A DNA stretch of 64,000 nt from Hormiphora californensis (lineage: Eukaryota > Animalia > Ctenophora): NCBI GenBank assembly GCA_020137815.1, contig CM035354.1, positions 8,308,001-8,372,000 on the forward strand, read 5' to 3'. The notes under the pieces are model-generated. The model saw only the letters and a program-made list of their open reading frames with translations. It searched no databases and had not been told where the DNA came from. The translations under genes and the position numbers were made by a program. Shown here piece by piece: positions 12,883 through 26,073 of the stretch (position 1 is its first letter; the number at the start of each line of letters is the position of its first letter).

Positions 12883-13124
12883 CCTTACTCTCGTTAATTA
12901 AGCTCGCATATTTCAAGAAACTTTTAAATAAGAAACTTTTTTTTCTAGGAAACTACAGGTGTAAGCGATCCAAAAACAAAAAGAATTTCTCCTTTATCAA
13001 GAGACTAAACAACTTAGGGGTTTCCTATTTTGTTGGGGTGTCTCTGGATTGTGTGATTTACATTTGAAAAGTTTCTTATAAAAAAGTTTCTTACTAAAGC
13101 GTTTCTTAAAAATCGAGAGTAAGG
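12883..13124. mobile_element. Tc1/mariner-type MITE
   Basis: TIR CCTTACTCTCG/CGAGAGTAAGG with TA on both sides; subterminal inverted AAGAAACTTTT repeats. Confidence 0.75.
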
Positions 13125-13339
13125 TATTAGGCATTAGGCCAGCATGGCCTAGTCGAAAAGCATAATGAAAAGATAAAGACTCTCACGACTCACGGCCCAT
13201 AGATAAACTTGTTGAGTAAGGGGGAAGTTGGTGGGCTACATGGATGGAACTTGCTCTAATATAATGTCCCTACCCTGATATATATTCACAAAAAACGCTG
13301 TCCTTTTAGGGGGTGGTCCCAGTACAAAAATGTGATAAG

Positions 13340-13900
13340 GGCCTGTGACGTCATATGAATATAAGTATGAAGAAGTGGTGACGTATTAGCAATGATTCAT
13401 GCTCAATTTGTTCCGCCCAATATTATAATGATTTGATCCAGAAAATTAGAGCAGTATCGATCAAAGCATGACAGTGATGATATCCCTCTACAACATATAT
13501 CACTTCAACTGAATTCATCTTCCTTCTACCCCGCCCCCTCCTCCTACAGGCGGCAACCCGGTCAATATCATGAATAAATATGAGTCATTGGCCATTGCTA
13601 AAACTGTTTGAACTCCCCCGATATATGGCTCAAGAAGGGCAACTACCACCCGGATCATTTAGAGGTCCTACCCGGATGTGCGATCAAAATTGCCGCATCT
13701 TAATTCATTAATCCAGATCGTGCTATGAGAACTAATAATAGGAACTGACCCGTAACGGTATAATATATCAAGGGGGCGTGGGAGTTGCCAGGCCAATGCT
13801 CTGACCACGGATCTCGCTTATGAGAATAGGGTCAGGCCAATGCTCTGACAGCGTGGGAGTGACCCAGGGTCACTGACCCCTACAATGATTCAGTTGAATG
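13340..13900. promoter_or_regulatory. Putative enhancer with CRE and AP-1 sites
   Basis: TGACGTCA 13346-13353; TGAGTCA 13581-13587; TGATTCA near 13393 and 13886; two copies of CAGGCCAATGCTCTGAC. Confidence 0.4.
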
Positions 13901-14028
13901 ATTGAATGAGCACTACATGTCCTTAGTGGTGTGCCTAGCTTTACCGAACAGGTGTAGAAGAGATCCGAAAAGACATATATTTTAAGAATCACAAATAATT
14001 AAATCCACAAAAAGCACAATAAATCTCA

Positions 14029-14748
14029 TCAAACAAAGCTCTCGTGAGAGGCGAGCACGCTCTGATCACGTAGGTCCACTAGGCTGACCCTAGATCCGGG
14101 GTGGGGGTTGAGGCACTGCAGGACAGTATCATATATCTGGGGGTCAGTGGTAGCAGGGCTCAGAGCTTCCCATCTCACATTATTCTTGGCGGCATCAGAG
14201 TAGCTTTGGAGGGGTTTCTCTCCAGTTATCATCTCGAACAACAGACACCCAATGGACCACACAGCAGCTCCCTCGGCAGTACAGGTTCCAGCACGGTACA
14301 GCTCAGGTGGTGTGATGGTGTGGGAGGGGGAGGATGATCGGAGGGTGTGTGGTAGAATGGAGTACACTTGGGAGTGCTGGAACATTGCCAACTTTACACA
14401 GCCCTGGGCAGGATCATACAGGAGGGAGGAGGAGGAGATATCACGGTGATCGACACCCATGTCCAGGCAGTAGCTAACCACACTGGTAACTTGACCCATC
14501 AGATCCCGCACCTCCAAGTCATCCAAAATGTGGTGTTTCAGCCATTGTTCAAGAGTAGTCCAGGTCTCGCTCCACTCAAGGGCCAGGGTCCAGGTCTGGG
14601 AGCGGAATGTGTAACGGAGCAGGTTCTGTAGGTTAGGGTGGGAGAGTTTCCTTAGGTTGTATATCTCAACAGGAAGGAGTTCAGGTCCACAGGTAACGGT
14701 AGTCAGGTTAGGGGTGTACTTAATCGACTTGAGAAGGACTTGTTTCAT
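14029..14748 (-). CDS. Intronless Pim-like pseudokinase, 239 aa
   Basis: Kinase fold motifs present (LPVEI, LSHPN, HRDI, TPPEL, AAVWSIG) but no Gly loop, HRDISSSS in place of HRDIKxxN, and MFQ in place of DFG. Confidence 0.85.
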   Translation of the reverse strand: MKQVLLKSIKYTPNLTTVTCGPELLPVEIYNLRKLSHPNLQNLLRYTFRSQTWTLALEWSETWTTLEQWLKHHILDDLEVRDLMGQVTSVVSYCLDMGVDHRDISSSSLLYDPAQGCVKLAMFQHSQVYSILPHTLRSSSPSHTITPPELYRAGTCTAEGAAVWSIGCLLFEMITGEKPLQSYSDAAKNNVRWEALSPATTDPQIYDTVLQCLNPHPGSRVSLVDLRDQSVLASHESFV

Positions 14749-16190
14749 TGTGTTGTGTGTATGTTGGAGTAGAGAGAAGGATTGGAGAGAGTTAGTTGGG
14801 ATAGTTGTGGGAGTGATTGTAGGGGTATTTGTACCTTGACCAGGAGAGATGGGGTTACATGAGAGAGAGGAGAGGTATTCGTGGAGCTACGTGGTAATGT
14901 GCTTCACCCCCTCACTCATTAGAATGGTTGGCATACTGATACGTGTCCTGATTACACACACGCCTCTAATTGGGTTCCTAGGTGGGGGAGATGTGCTACA
15001 GCTATGGGGGTGTGATTAGGTTCCCACGAAGCTACTGAAACCCTGATTGGGAAATCAGAGGAGGGGCCTGCTGCCGTGTGTAATTGGGAGTCAGAGAATT
15101 CCATGGGTTATATGAGAACTGTGTGACATTGTTCAACAAGTGTAACAGTAAACAAGTTGTGAGATGAGAGAAGCACATTCCTGGAATTATCTTTGGAACT
15201 AGGCCATGACATGTGGATCCTCGCATGTAGCCAATGAAACCCAGTGAAGATTCAAATCACAACCAATGAAACACACAGTTGTCCCCCACAGTGGTAATAT
15301 CGAGGTCTGAAGGTCCCAACCTACTGCCAATGATAAGAGGCCCAGGGCACTAAAAATACATCATGGGCAACGTGCGGACGTGCCCTGGGCCTCTTGGATT
15401 TGGAGACATGGTGTTTATTTGTTGAAAAATGTAAAAGTACATTATAAACCAATTTTAGAGACGCACATCTCATTTTTAATATTTCTCTCACTCGATTTAA
15501 CAAGATATTGTTTTACACCACATCTCTCAAAAATTAAGTGTCATCATCGCTACTATCATCGCATGTAATCGATACAATTTGTAGCAAATTTATGAAAACT
15601 CAATAATCTTCTCTCTCGTTTTTATTTACAAATCATATTGAGACGATTCTTCAAAAAGAAGTGAGTTGATCACACACACCATGACATGGGTGTACAAGGT
15701 AAAAGATGCTTTTAAAAGCAAAAACACATTAACTACATTTTTTCTTGTTATTTTAACCCTAAAATTCAGGATCACACACTTTATAATAAAACTTTTATTT
15801 TCTCATAATAGTTGTCGCTAAAAGTAAAACCCATGCAAATAGATTATCCAGTCTGCCACCTTCTCTCAAATACAACCCTTTCTTCAATTGATAAGGGTCG
15901 AAATAGGTTAACTAAGTAACTTTTGTAAGTAATTAGAATTCTAATACTACTAATTGGGCAAACCGTAAAAAGAACTTTTTATCACTCATTATAAGTCCAC
16001 CTGGGACCACCCATAATACCATGACAAAACATTTTAAAAACCACTCATCAACATTTCTCGTGGAGTCCTTATTATGGTAAAGCTACTCGTGGTATATTGA
16101 TCCCTCACTAGTCCAAAATCTTCATTTGTACTCTCAGTGTTCCTTTGTCCTCATCCATTGTTATTGTTCCTCATTCCACCCCACTACTTG

Positions 16191-19100
16191 TTACTGCATC
16201 GCTGGAGTCCTGAAATTGAGAGCGGTAGTGGACAGCTGCTTATTAGTAGAGATGTAGCAGAGATCACATGTAGTAGAGGAATCAGGGAAATGCAGCTCAG
16301 CTTCAAACAGATGCTTTATAGAAAGATGCAGGAGAGGATATACTCAGCAAAGTTCCTGGTACACAGCATTCAGCAACACTCGACAGATACAACACACAAC
16401 GAATTTAAACATAAATATAGTGCGATGGAAATGAACATGCCCAATGAATATCACAGCTAATCCCCGTGCTAATTACCCCACAGCATCTCACATATCATGA
16501 CATATAATCACCCCAAACACATCGACACATCGACACAAACTGTTTGTGGCAAACACATGTCACCCCAAATACACTTACCACAGCAGATGTTTATTCTTCT
16601 CAAGGGATGCCCTCAGTTGATCCAGACCTTTTGAGGGCGGCAAACTGCCCAATAGGGTCATACAGAATGGGTAAATCTGCTGCAGGGATCGGATCCTGGA
16701 ACACGGTCATGTTAGAATTGTGCATTGATAAAAACGAGAGTTGTTGTTACCATGGTAACTAGATGGTAACAACCCCAACAACCTACCATTCAGCCTTGAA
16801 CAGCTGTTACTATGGCAATAACCCCAACAACCTACCATTCAGCCTTCAGCTGTTACTATGGCAACAACCCCCAACAACCTACCATTCAGCCTGCAGTTCG
16901 AATGTGATAGAGCTGATCATCATCAACTTATCAGCTCTCTGTATCATATCATTAACAAGACTTAGTCCCAGCTGAAAATAGTTCAAGTTAGTTTCAATAG
17001 TTAAACAGAAACTCTCATTGTATGGGTCATTTCTGCTACTACACTCACATCGTTTTTCAGGACGCTGGCTAGTGATGCAGCTAGGTCACCATAGTAACTG
17101 AGTCCATCCAGCAGACTCTTTAGCCACACTTGCATCATGTTGAAGGTGCCACTGTGGATCACAGTACCCAGTGGTACACACAGCTGGGGTAGTTGCTGAG
17201 GGGGGGGGGGGGGGGGTATGTTGGTGAGTTGCACAAGAGAAAATAGTTTTATCAAATGTGTTGAACAGCTATTCAATTGAGTGGTATCATGTTGACTGTG
17301 TGGTGTATATAACTAACTAGACCACGCCCGTGTTGAATCTACTGTCCTATTTACCGAGTGGTGTCGGTCGTGTGCAATGATTGTAGCCATGTTTCCTAGA
17401 AGATGGTAGAGAATTGCCCGGCCGTGCTCAGACCTCAACTGGGTGATACATCTTGCTAGCATGCTCTTCCCCTTACTGGTACTGAGAACATGTACCAGCA
17501 ATTCCTCATTAATAGACCTAGATCGGGAGAGGAGGGTTAAAAACTGGTAATGTTCTCTACTATTATGTTTTCAAATCTGAGCCAAATTTATTTCTCCCCC
17601 TCCATGACATAATAATAACTCACCCAGAGTCAGTGATGCAGAAGCAGCTGTACATTCGATCAGCTACCTCGTTCTTCGCATCGATAATCTTTGAACGATC
17701 CTCCGCTGAAACAGGGACAGTGTATTAGCGCGGGGGAGGGAACCATACCCCCTCTATTAGCCCCCTCTCTCTACGTCACAAGATGGAAAGGAGTGTCCTT
17801 CTCTCCATGACGTCACCATTAGATCCGATAAATCCGGGGCGACAGTTTTCCTAGCTATCTTTATCAGCTATAGACGGCGGTAGGATGACAGGGCACATGA
17901 GCCGCGCCGCCACTTAGTACCACCCACTAAGAGGATCACCAGACTCCCACCAGACTATTTAGGTCACAACCGGGGAGGGGGTACCCTCTTTGGGACCCTG
18001 GCTCCTTGTTTCTTACTATAGACCCTGGCTCCTTGTTTCTTACTAGACCCTCCCTCTATCTTTCTCTCTTCCACTAGACCCTGGTTAGGCTCCCCTTTTC
18101 TCTCCCCCACTAGACCCTCCTCTCATCTCATCTAGAGATTGTTATAAAACTGTTATTAAAGCAAGGGGATCACCATTACTGGCTGGCGGCCCTTTAAGTA
18201 GAAATCGTCACAATAGTTAGGGGGTTATTAGATCACCCAATGCAATATACGATTTTGCCCAAATTTATGTTCCTTACAAGTTAAATTAGTTATCTTACCC
18301 GAAAGGGACAATCACAGCGCTGGCAAGCACATTGAGGAGATTAATAAACCTACATGGTACAATGAGGAGCATTCGTTCCAGGTCCTCCAGCTCCAGAAGA
18401 TAATCGTACATCCTCTCAATGGTACCCAGCACAGAGTACTTCTTACGGTTCGGGTCCAGGGCCTCCTTCTGGTGATTCTGGGGGATTAACATTATTAACA
18501 TTATTATAGGTGTGATGTTAGTAGATCTAGAGACATGACAGGGGGTTGGAGATGCTCATTTCATACCGTGATAATTGGCTGGAGATCATTAAGACTGCAG
18601 TCCAAGACCTGTCTGGGGTTCATCACTGTGGAGATGGATAACTTCCCCAATGTGCTACTAAACTCCACTGAAACACAATGTTATGAGCCGGTTGCCGTGG
18701 TTACCAATCCCGGGATTTAGTGATCAGGTGGTTACCATGGTTACCAATCCCGGTATTAACTTGAGATAATGTTACAGCTTACTTGGTTTGTATTCCTTCT
18801 TATCGCTCTGCTTGGTGGGGTTTGAGAAAAGCAGTTTGGGAGTCAGCACAAAGTCAGTTCCTTTCTGTTGCTTCTTGAATAGCAGCATCTAGTGTGATAG
18901 TGAGGTGTTAGTGAGGTTAAACCATATCACACCCTGATCTCATCCAGTTTTTATCCGTGACCTGATCCCCCTGATGACTAACCTGATAGTAGTAGTCCTC
19001 ACCCCCCCCCCCCTGATGACTAACCTGATAGTAGTAGTCCTCACCCCCTGATGACTAACCTGATAGTAGTAGTCCTCACCCCCTACTGACTAACATGATA

Positions 19101-20238
19101 GTAGTAGTCCTCACCCCCTACTGACTAACCTGATAGTAGTAGCCCCCCACCCCCTCCCCCCGATGACTAACCTGATAGTAGTAGTCCTCTTCGTAAGGGT
19201 TAGCAGTTTGAATTTGCATCATTTGAATCTTGGTGACCCACTGTTTCTCACTACTACTCATCATAGTGCTATCCATCTCCTGGGGTAACTTATCTTGCAC
19301 GTTGTTCCTCTGGAGGGGACGTGGTTATAATGGGGGGGGGGGGGGGGGTTTCGTTCCTTTCTCGAGGAAAGGTCTGGGTTTTGAATTATAACAATATGTT
19401 TCAATGAAACAACTGGGTAAAGTATTGTCACAACTTACATTTCTGTTGTTCCAGTTCCCACGATCTCCATCCCTTCTGTTGTTGTTATTATTGTACCCTT
19501 TATTATCGTATCTATCTCCTCTGTTATCATGATATCTATCTCCCCTATCTCCCCTGTTATCGTATCTATCACCCCCTCTATGGTCCTGGTGATGACCTCC
19601 CCCACCTCCGTGATGTCCACCCCCACCTCCGTGATGTCCCCCTCCTCCGTGGTGCTGGTGATCATTGTACCCTCCTCCTCCACTGTTGTAGTTGTTGTAG
19701 TGACCGTTACCGCCATCTCGGTAACCACGGTGGTAACCATGGTAACTGCGTCTCTCATAGTTACCATATCGGTGATCTCTGTTACCATCACGATCACCTC
19801 CTCCCCGGGGGCTGTGTTCTGTATAGGAATTAGAGTTGCGCTGTCGGGCTGGGATGGCAGCTAGCTTGGCTTTGGTCTGCTGGGAGTTGTACGGCTGCTT
19901 AGCCTCCTTGATAGCAACAGGCATATGGGAACCCTGGGCAGAGAAAGAGGTGAAAGGCAGCGAAATATTGATTGAGAAAGGGAGATAAGTAATGGCGGAG
20001 GGATTCGGAGAAGGAACGAAAGAAAAGAGGCATTTCGAGAAGTCATATTCCCATTCAAAGTTCATATTGAGAAGTCAAAAAAAAGGAAGCTATAGCTGTT
20101 ACTGAGACTGGGATCGCTGCAATTTACTGCTAAAAGAGAGCTACTTGAAATACAGACAGGAGGGAGAGCTTGCAAAGATAGAAGGATAGGAGAGCAGTGG
20201 GGTAAAGATAGATGGGATTAGGGAGAGAGCCAAGATAA

Positions 20239-20295
<57 letters not shown>

Positions 20296-23200
20296 TGAAG
20301 ATTGAGAGTGAGAGAGCCCGGATCCTGGATCAGATGAAGCGGAAAGATAGAAAAGAGAGAGTGGGTTGGAGAGCAAGCCAAAATAAGATAGACACCAGGG
20401 ACAGAGATAGAAAGAGAGAGAGAGAGAGAGAGAGAGAGCTGGGAGACAGACAACTTATTGTACCTTTGGCGGAGTGAGAGCGCCACTTTTGAGCATTTGT
20501 AGTAGCATTTTACCGGGTGAGTTGTTGTCCCCTTGCCACGAGCTTGACGGAGACTTCTGGGAGAGGGAGAGAGAGGGTTTAGTGGGAAGGAGCTGTACTA
20601 ACAGAGAGAGAGAGAGAGGATTGTAGTTTATATGAGAGTGCTGGAGCGACATTTAAAGATCCTGTTCGCTCAATTTGACTGCCATTCACAGAGCGCTGTA
20701 TATTCCTTCTTTTCAGGAGGTCAGCAAAGAGAGAAAATGCTCTAAAGAGCTTCTTTAGAACACTTCTCAGAATAGAAAGCTTTTGAAAAGCTTTCTAGTA
20801 ATCTCCTGGAATTTCAGCTTCTTGACTAGTTCAACTAGTAGCACGTGGAACAGCAACTTACCTTGCCTGTCCGCCCACCAGGGACCGCTCTATTACCGTC
20901 CAGCTATAACACACTCAGGGTTACAACACATTACAAGATACATGGTTACAAGACACAGGGTTACAAGACACAGGGTTACAAGACACAGGGTTACAACAAC
21001 TGATTCTAACCAACTCTCAGAAGAAAACGGACAGAGAGAAAATGGGGGATCTCTAACTTACCACAGCTTCCAAAGGAGGTGATTGGGGTGTTGTCCATAT
21101 TCCCCCACCGTACGGGCTCTCAGGGAAGGTCTTGTCCTGGGTGGAGACGAGGGGGTAAGAATGGTGCATGTAATGGGTGCCGGTTTGTTTGGAGGACGAG
21201 GGGTAACGGGGTTAACAGGGGGTTAACACTAACGGGATTGTAATGGCCGTGGATGGGAACAGATCTGGAGGATTTCACGTGGATATCCTCATCCTCTTCA
21301 TCCTCCAGCACCATCTCAGATACTGACTGAGCTAGGAACTCCTGTGCAGGGGGATATAAGGAGGTTACTGACATGATGTTTAAATCATTGCATTGGATTT
21401 AGGGGGGGGGGTACAATATTTTGTTGAATCTTTATCTTTATGTGTGGTTATTATGAGACAGCTAAACTAGAGGGATGACATGAGACATAAAAACCACCAT
21501 GTCCTGCATTTCTTGAGCGAAAATTATTAAATATTCTGATAGCCGTCGCATTTCTCTCGCCTTCCTCCAAACTCTTGACAAGTTGAACAAAATAAAACCT
21601 TCCCTCTCTCCCTCTCTCTCTCCCTCTCCATTCCTCTCTATCCCTCTCCTTCCCTCTCTCCCTCTCTCTCTCTCTCTCCCTCCATTCCTCTCTATCCCTC
21701 TCCTTCTCTCTCTCTCTCTCTGGTGGCAGTTGTCAGTAGCGGCGAGGCTATTCCACTGACGTAGACTACCAACCACAATTGCTAAACGGTATGGTCTTGG
21801 CGGGGTATTTTTAAACATAATCATCCGCGTATTAAAATACGTAATGGCCACACTGTCTAGGATACGATGTGGGCATGTACAGACAATGCCAGACGAATGA
21901 AGTGTGATACCGAACACCCTGATTCCCTGAATGGGGAGCTAGAGGGGTCCAGACGTATGATCGTGGTATATATTCTTTTGTAAAAAACAAGAGAGAGAAG
22001 GGGAGATCTCTAGAATAAAAACCAAGAGAGAAGAAGGGGAGAGAGAAGGGGAGAGAGAGAAGGAGAGATCTCTAAGAAGAAAACTGACCTCATCTTGGAA
22101 GGTGATACGGTTAGCAAATGCAGGATCTTGCATCATGATCTTCTCCCTGTCAAAGGACCTGGCAACCTCTTGGTGCCTGCGTTCCCACTCATCATCTGGC
22201 GGGGTGGGGTTGTATCAGAAAAAAGTGTTATATGTGGGGATTTATTAACAATCATATATGGAGGGTTGGGTATATTGAGATTTGAGAGGGAGGAACATGA
22301 ACAGATTGGGAAGAGGGAGATGTATCTTTGGGAACCAAATGGAGATTGGGCTGTCTGCTGCAGAGTTCGAACTGTCTTTAGTTAGACGGACTATTGTTCG
22401 ACTGCCTATAGCCGGGTATTATAGAGGGCCCTCTCCTTATTATTTAGAGCCCTGAGAGTTACATCCACCCACAATATTGTAGTTGTATGTAGCTGAGACG
22501 ATCAAAGGGTGTTATTCGAGCAGGACAGTACCATTAGTAACACACAGTACACCCATCTCTCCGATTATTTCTCTGTACATCTCCCTATATTTTATCTTTC
22601 TCCGTCCCCCTTCTTTTCTATTCATTGATTTTCAAACGTATTTTTAGCTCAATGTGCAGTTGAAACTATCGCGTTACACCAAAAAGAACAGGAAACTATC
22701 CTTTGGACTAAGTTCATAGAGACCTAGAGCCCACCATGAGCCATTAAATCTTTCTCGGCTATATATCTCTCTATTTTTCTATCTCTCCCCCTCTATCTGT
22801 ATATATCTCTCCCGTTTCCTGCTAAGGCGAGGCGCTGGTTGGCTGACCACTTACCCTGTACAGCCCCCGCTCCGAACGTCTCATCGTTTATATCGTACTC
22901 CTCCTGCAAAAAGAAGAAAAAGATAGAAGGATAGAAAGAGACTACTTATCTGTCGATAAGTGCCCATAATGGGCATATTACACATCTCGAAACTACACAC
23001 ACGGACACACGGACAAATTAGACCGCTCTTACAGGAGGGGGTCACTCCAACCCTCAGGCTTCATACACATACACGTGAAGGTGGGATCTCATTTAATCCC
23101 CACACACAACAAGTTAACTCTACCCCGGTCCCTATTTCTTCTGGAAGGTTCCCCTACTATTATAAGACACCAAGAAAGTTCTAGAAACTCTCAAACCTAA

Positions 23201-23305
23201 CATCTCTCTCCCTTTTAGTATTATATCTTATCGTATAACCAACTAGCTCCCCCTTCTTACCTGTTCATTGTACTCAAATTCCAGGCCTTCCGGCGCGAAA
23301 AACAT
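16191..23305 (-). CDS. PATL1: Pat1/PATL1 decapping activator, multi-exon
   Basis: First exons give [26 protein letters not shown]; mid domain [31 protein letters not shown]; also [18 protein letters not shown] and [12 protein letters not shown]; splices to a stop at 16191-16193. Confidence 0.9.
16770..16891. repeat. Tandem triplication of a PATL1 exon end plus splice donor
   Basis: CAACAACCTACCATTCAGCC x3, reading GGCTGAATG|GTAGGTTG on the minus strand. Confidence 0.9.
18975..19190. repeat. Minisatellite made of a PATL1 exon end plus splice donor
   Basis: About 6 copies of GACTAACCTGATAGTAGTAGTCCTC, reading GAGGACTACTACTATCAG|GTTAGTC on the minus strand. Confidence 0.92.
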
Positions 23306-24322
23306 CGCCTTGAGCCTACAGAGGGGAAGAGTGCTGGTTAATAAAACATGATGTATACAGTTGTCTTGCTCTACCCTCTAGAAGGAGGGTTAGAACAATA
23401 TCTCTGAGCACGCAAGATCTTGTTTGAAACATGAATATTATTATCCAAGAGGGAACAAAGACCAGCTGAGAATTTTAGATTTGTAAAGAGATACCCGCCC
23501 TTACAACATGATTATGTAGATTAGGTGCCAGTAGATCCCTTCTCTCCTAGTAGATGGGAGTGTGTAACTACTACACTAATCTGCGTATGCATGTGAAGGA
23601 GGTCCCACACAAAGGGTCCCCCCTACCCAGCCCCAGATCTACCATCTACATAGATCTAATTGGGCTCCAAACTGGCTCCACGGAAAACCCAGCTCTTTTT
23701 TACGGGGGGAGATGGGAATGAGGGGATATGTGCTGCGTAATGACAGTACTTGTACCGGTAAAGAGTTCAGTGCTCTTTAGTGATCAAGAGAGAGCATCAT
23801 GTAGACCATATATGAAGTGCTCTCCTTTCCTCTTGCTCTCCCTCTCTATTGCTACTCTAATGCTCTCCCTCCCAAGAAAATTACGCACTCTCTCTTTATT
23901 GCTGCAGGCTGCAACAGTGCGTAAATCCCTACTCTCCCTCAATCCAGTATATCGGATATAATATACAGACATTTAGATTTTCTTAACATTGCTCTCCTAC
24001 AAGGTTTTCCTCACTAGCGTCCAACACAATGGGCACCCATTACACACACCTCACACACACACACACGAGCCGATTACTGCACAGCTGCGGGTGTACAGGA
24101 GGAAGTTAAGGATCAGTATCCGGGAGCGTGCAGTTTCCACCACTCCCCGGCCAAAACCACCTCACTGGATAGAGGGGGCTCGGGGGAGTCAGGCCCACCC
24201 CCTCCCCGGTCAGCAGAGAGAAATGAATGAGAGATGGGAACGTGAAACGGAAATGTACCCTTCAGGAAGAGGTGATTTGAGGGAGTTTGGTATTGATGTG
24301 TAATAAAGAGTTAGTCTACCAC

Positions 24323-24714
24323 CCCATACTCTGATAGGATACTATTCTCTGAAGACTATCCTCTGATAAATCAATACCAAGTTCAGTTTTTACTCGGCCC
24401 AATAAAAATGAAGGGTCTGATTCACAGTCAGCAGGACTTGAAATGAGTTCAGTTGCCATACATCCCTCCCCATCCGCTATATCAGTAGACTCAGCAAACT
24501 GTAGCTTCCTAGCAAGGAGGGGCGCCTTGAATCTCTGACGGAATATAAATGAGTCTCCTGCTAGGAGGAGGAGGCCAGATCGGAATCTTTTGTTAGCCAG
24601 AATCTCCCAGTTCCTCCTTTGTCCCTCTCTCTCGTAGTGTAGATTGTAGAAGGTGAACATGTTGGTCTTCTTGATAGGAGCTATCGTGATGTTTCGTACC
24701 ACCGGCACCTTCAT
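24323..24714 (-). CDS. NUDT14-like Nudix-fold protein with a degenerate Nudix box; partial, 3' exons unresolved
   Basis: LHYEREGQRRNWEIL and ELGIDLSEDSLQRIVSYQS resemble NUDT14 LHYRQNGAQKSWDFM and ECGYHLAPSDLRRVATYWS (recalled alignment); acceptor 8 nt before the ATG. Confidence 0.6.
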
Positions 24715-26073
24715 ATCACCAGCTATAGAGGCAGAGAGGGAGGTGTTAGATTGTGGGGGGAGGGGAGGGGTCAAGGGATAGGAATTTCCGTTATCAAAGA
24801 GCGATCATTTCCTGTGATCAAAGGACAATTGGCTGCTGTGCAGTGCGCGCGAGGTGTACTTTTTACTAGAAGGAGAGCTCGCGCGCTCCGTGTAGGGGTG
24901 AAAGGGATAGAGGGCTATTATTGGGAGGTGAATCGCCATCCATTGGGGAATTGGGAAAGAATGGTTAGATAGAAAACAATACAACGTTTGAAGTGTAGCA
25001 TGTATAACCAATCATTGTTAAATACGAATCTCATAAAACAAATCGCATCTTTCCAAATGTGATGGTGTGATATATATTGTTGGTTCAGCGTTATAGAGCG
25101 GTCCCCCATCAATGAACGTCGACTCACTGTTTTGTTGTAGTCATAACTATACACTGCCTCCTGTTTTGCTATTTCATACACTACTAACTTGTGTGTACTG
25201 GTTTGATGACGTGTTACAATGGAGGATAAGAAATGCTCCTTCATTCATGCCATCTGACGTAGACGGGGTACCAGTTCACAGTCAGTTTATGAACACTTCT
25301 ACTTTCATCCTATTACATGTCTGTCTAAACTCTGTAATTACTACCGTTTGAGGGATTACTAGTTTGAGTAATCATTACTAGTTAGTAATGACGAGCTATG
25401 TTTTATACTTCTTGGTTACTTTTTATCTCCCTTTCTACATCATAATGAAGATCACTACAGATGCCCACTGTACACATTGTACACTCACTGCATAATCACT
25501 ACTACACAGCTTATAACGAGATGTAGAGTGAACAGAGACACAGAGTGAAGACACAGGGAAAAGGGGATAGAACTGAGTCAGAACAGAGTTGAAAATGAGC
25601 TGTGAACATAACATATGTCTCGATTCTCCCTCTACTTATAGAATTCTACATACCTGGCACAATTGTTTAATGAACTGCCATTCTCCATAACATGTTGGGG
25701 TACCAAGGTTTCTGAGCTCTCAGTATCTTGGAAACCTGGCTCGGTCGAGATGGGTCCGAGGAGCTTACATAGCACGAGAAGACATGTGACCAACCTTCCT
25801 AGTTGAGACAAAATGGTTAGCGGGGAGGAAGGGAGGTGTTGTTCATAGTCTGGGGGAGGAGGGGGAGCTCTGAACAAGCCAATGGGAAAGAGGAGTTTGA
25901 GTAGAGACTAGAGAGAGAGAGAGACCAAGAGAATAGTGTTAAAAACAAACTGGATAGTTAATTTTTTGCTAAAAACAATACTGTAGATGAATAGATATAT
26001 ATAACGGAACGCAATAAGATATTATTTACAGATTCTTTATAATAAACTAAATGAAGTTAAAGGATACTAGATA

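Noticed and set aside
24918-25877. Minus-strand ORFs of 108 and 81 aa between the ZNF and NUDT14-like genes
   Set aside because: No recognisable motif and splice joins give early stops; may be UTR or non-coding exons
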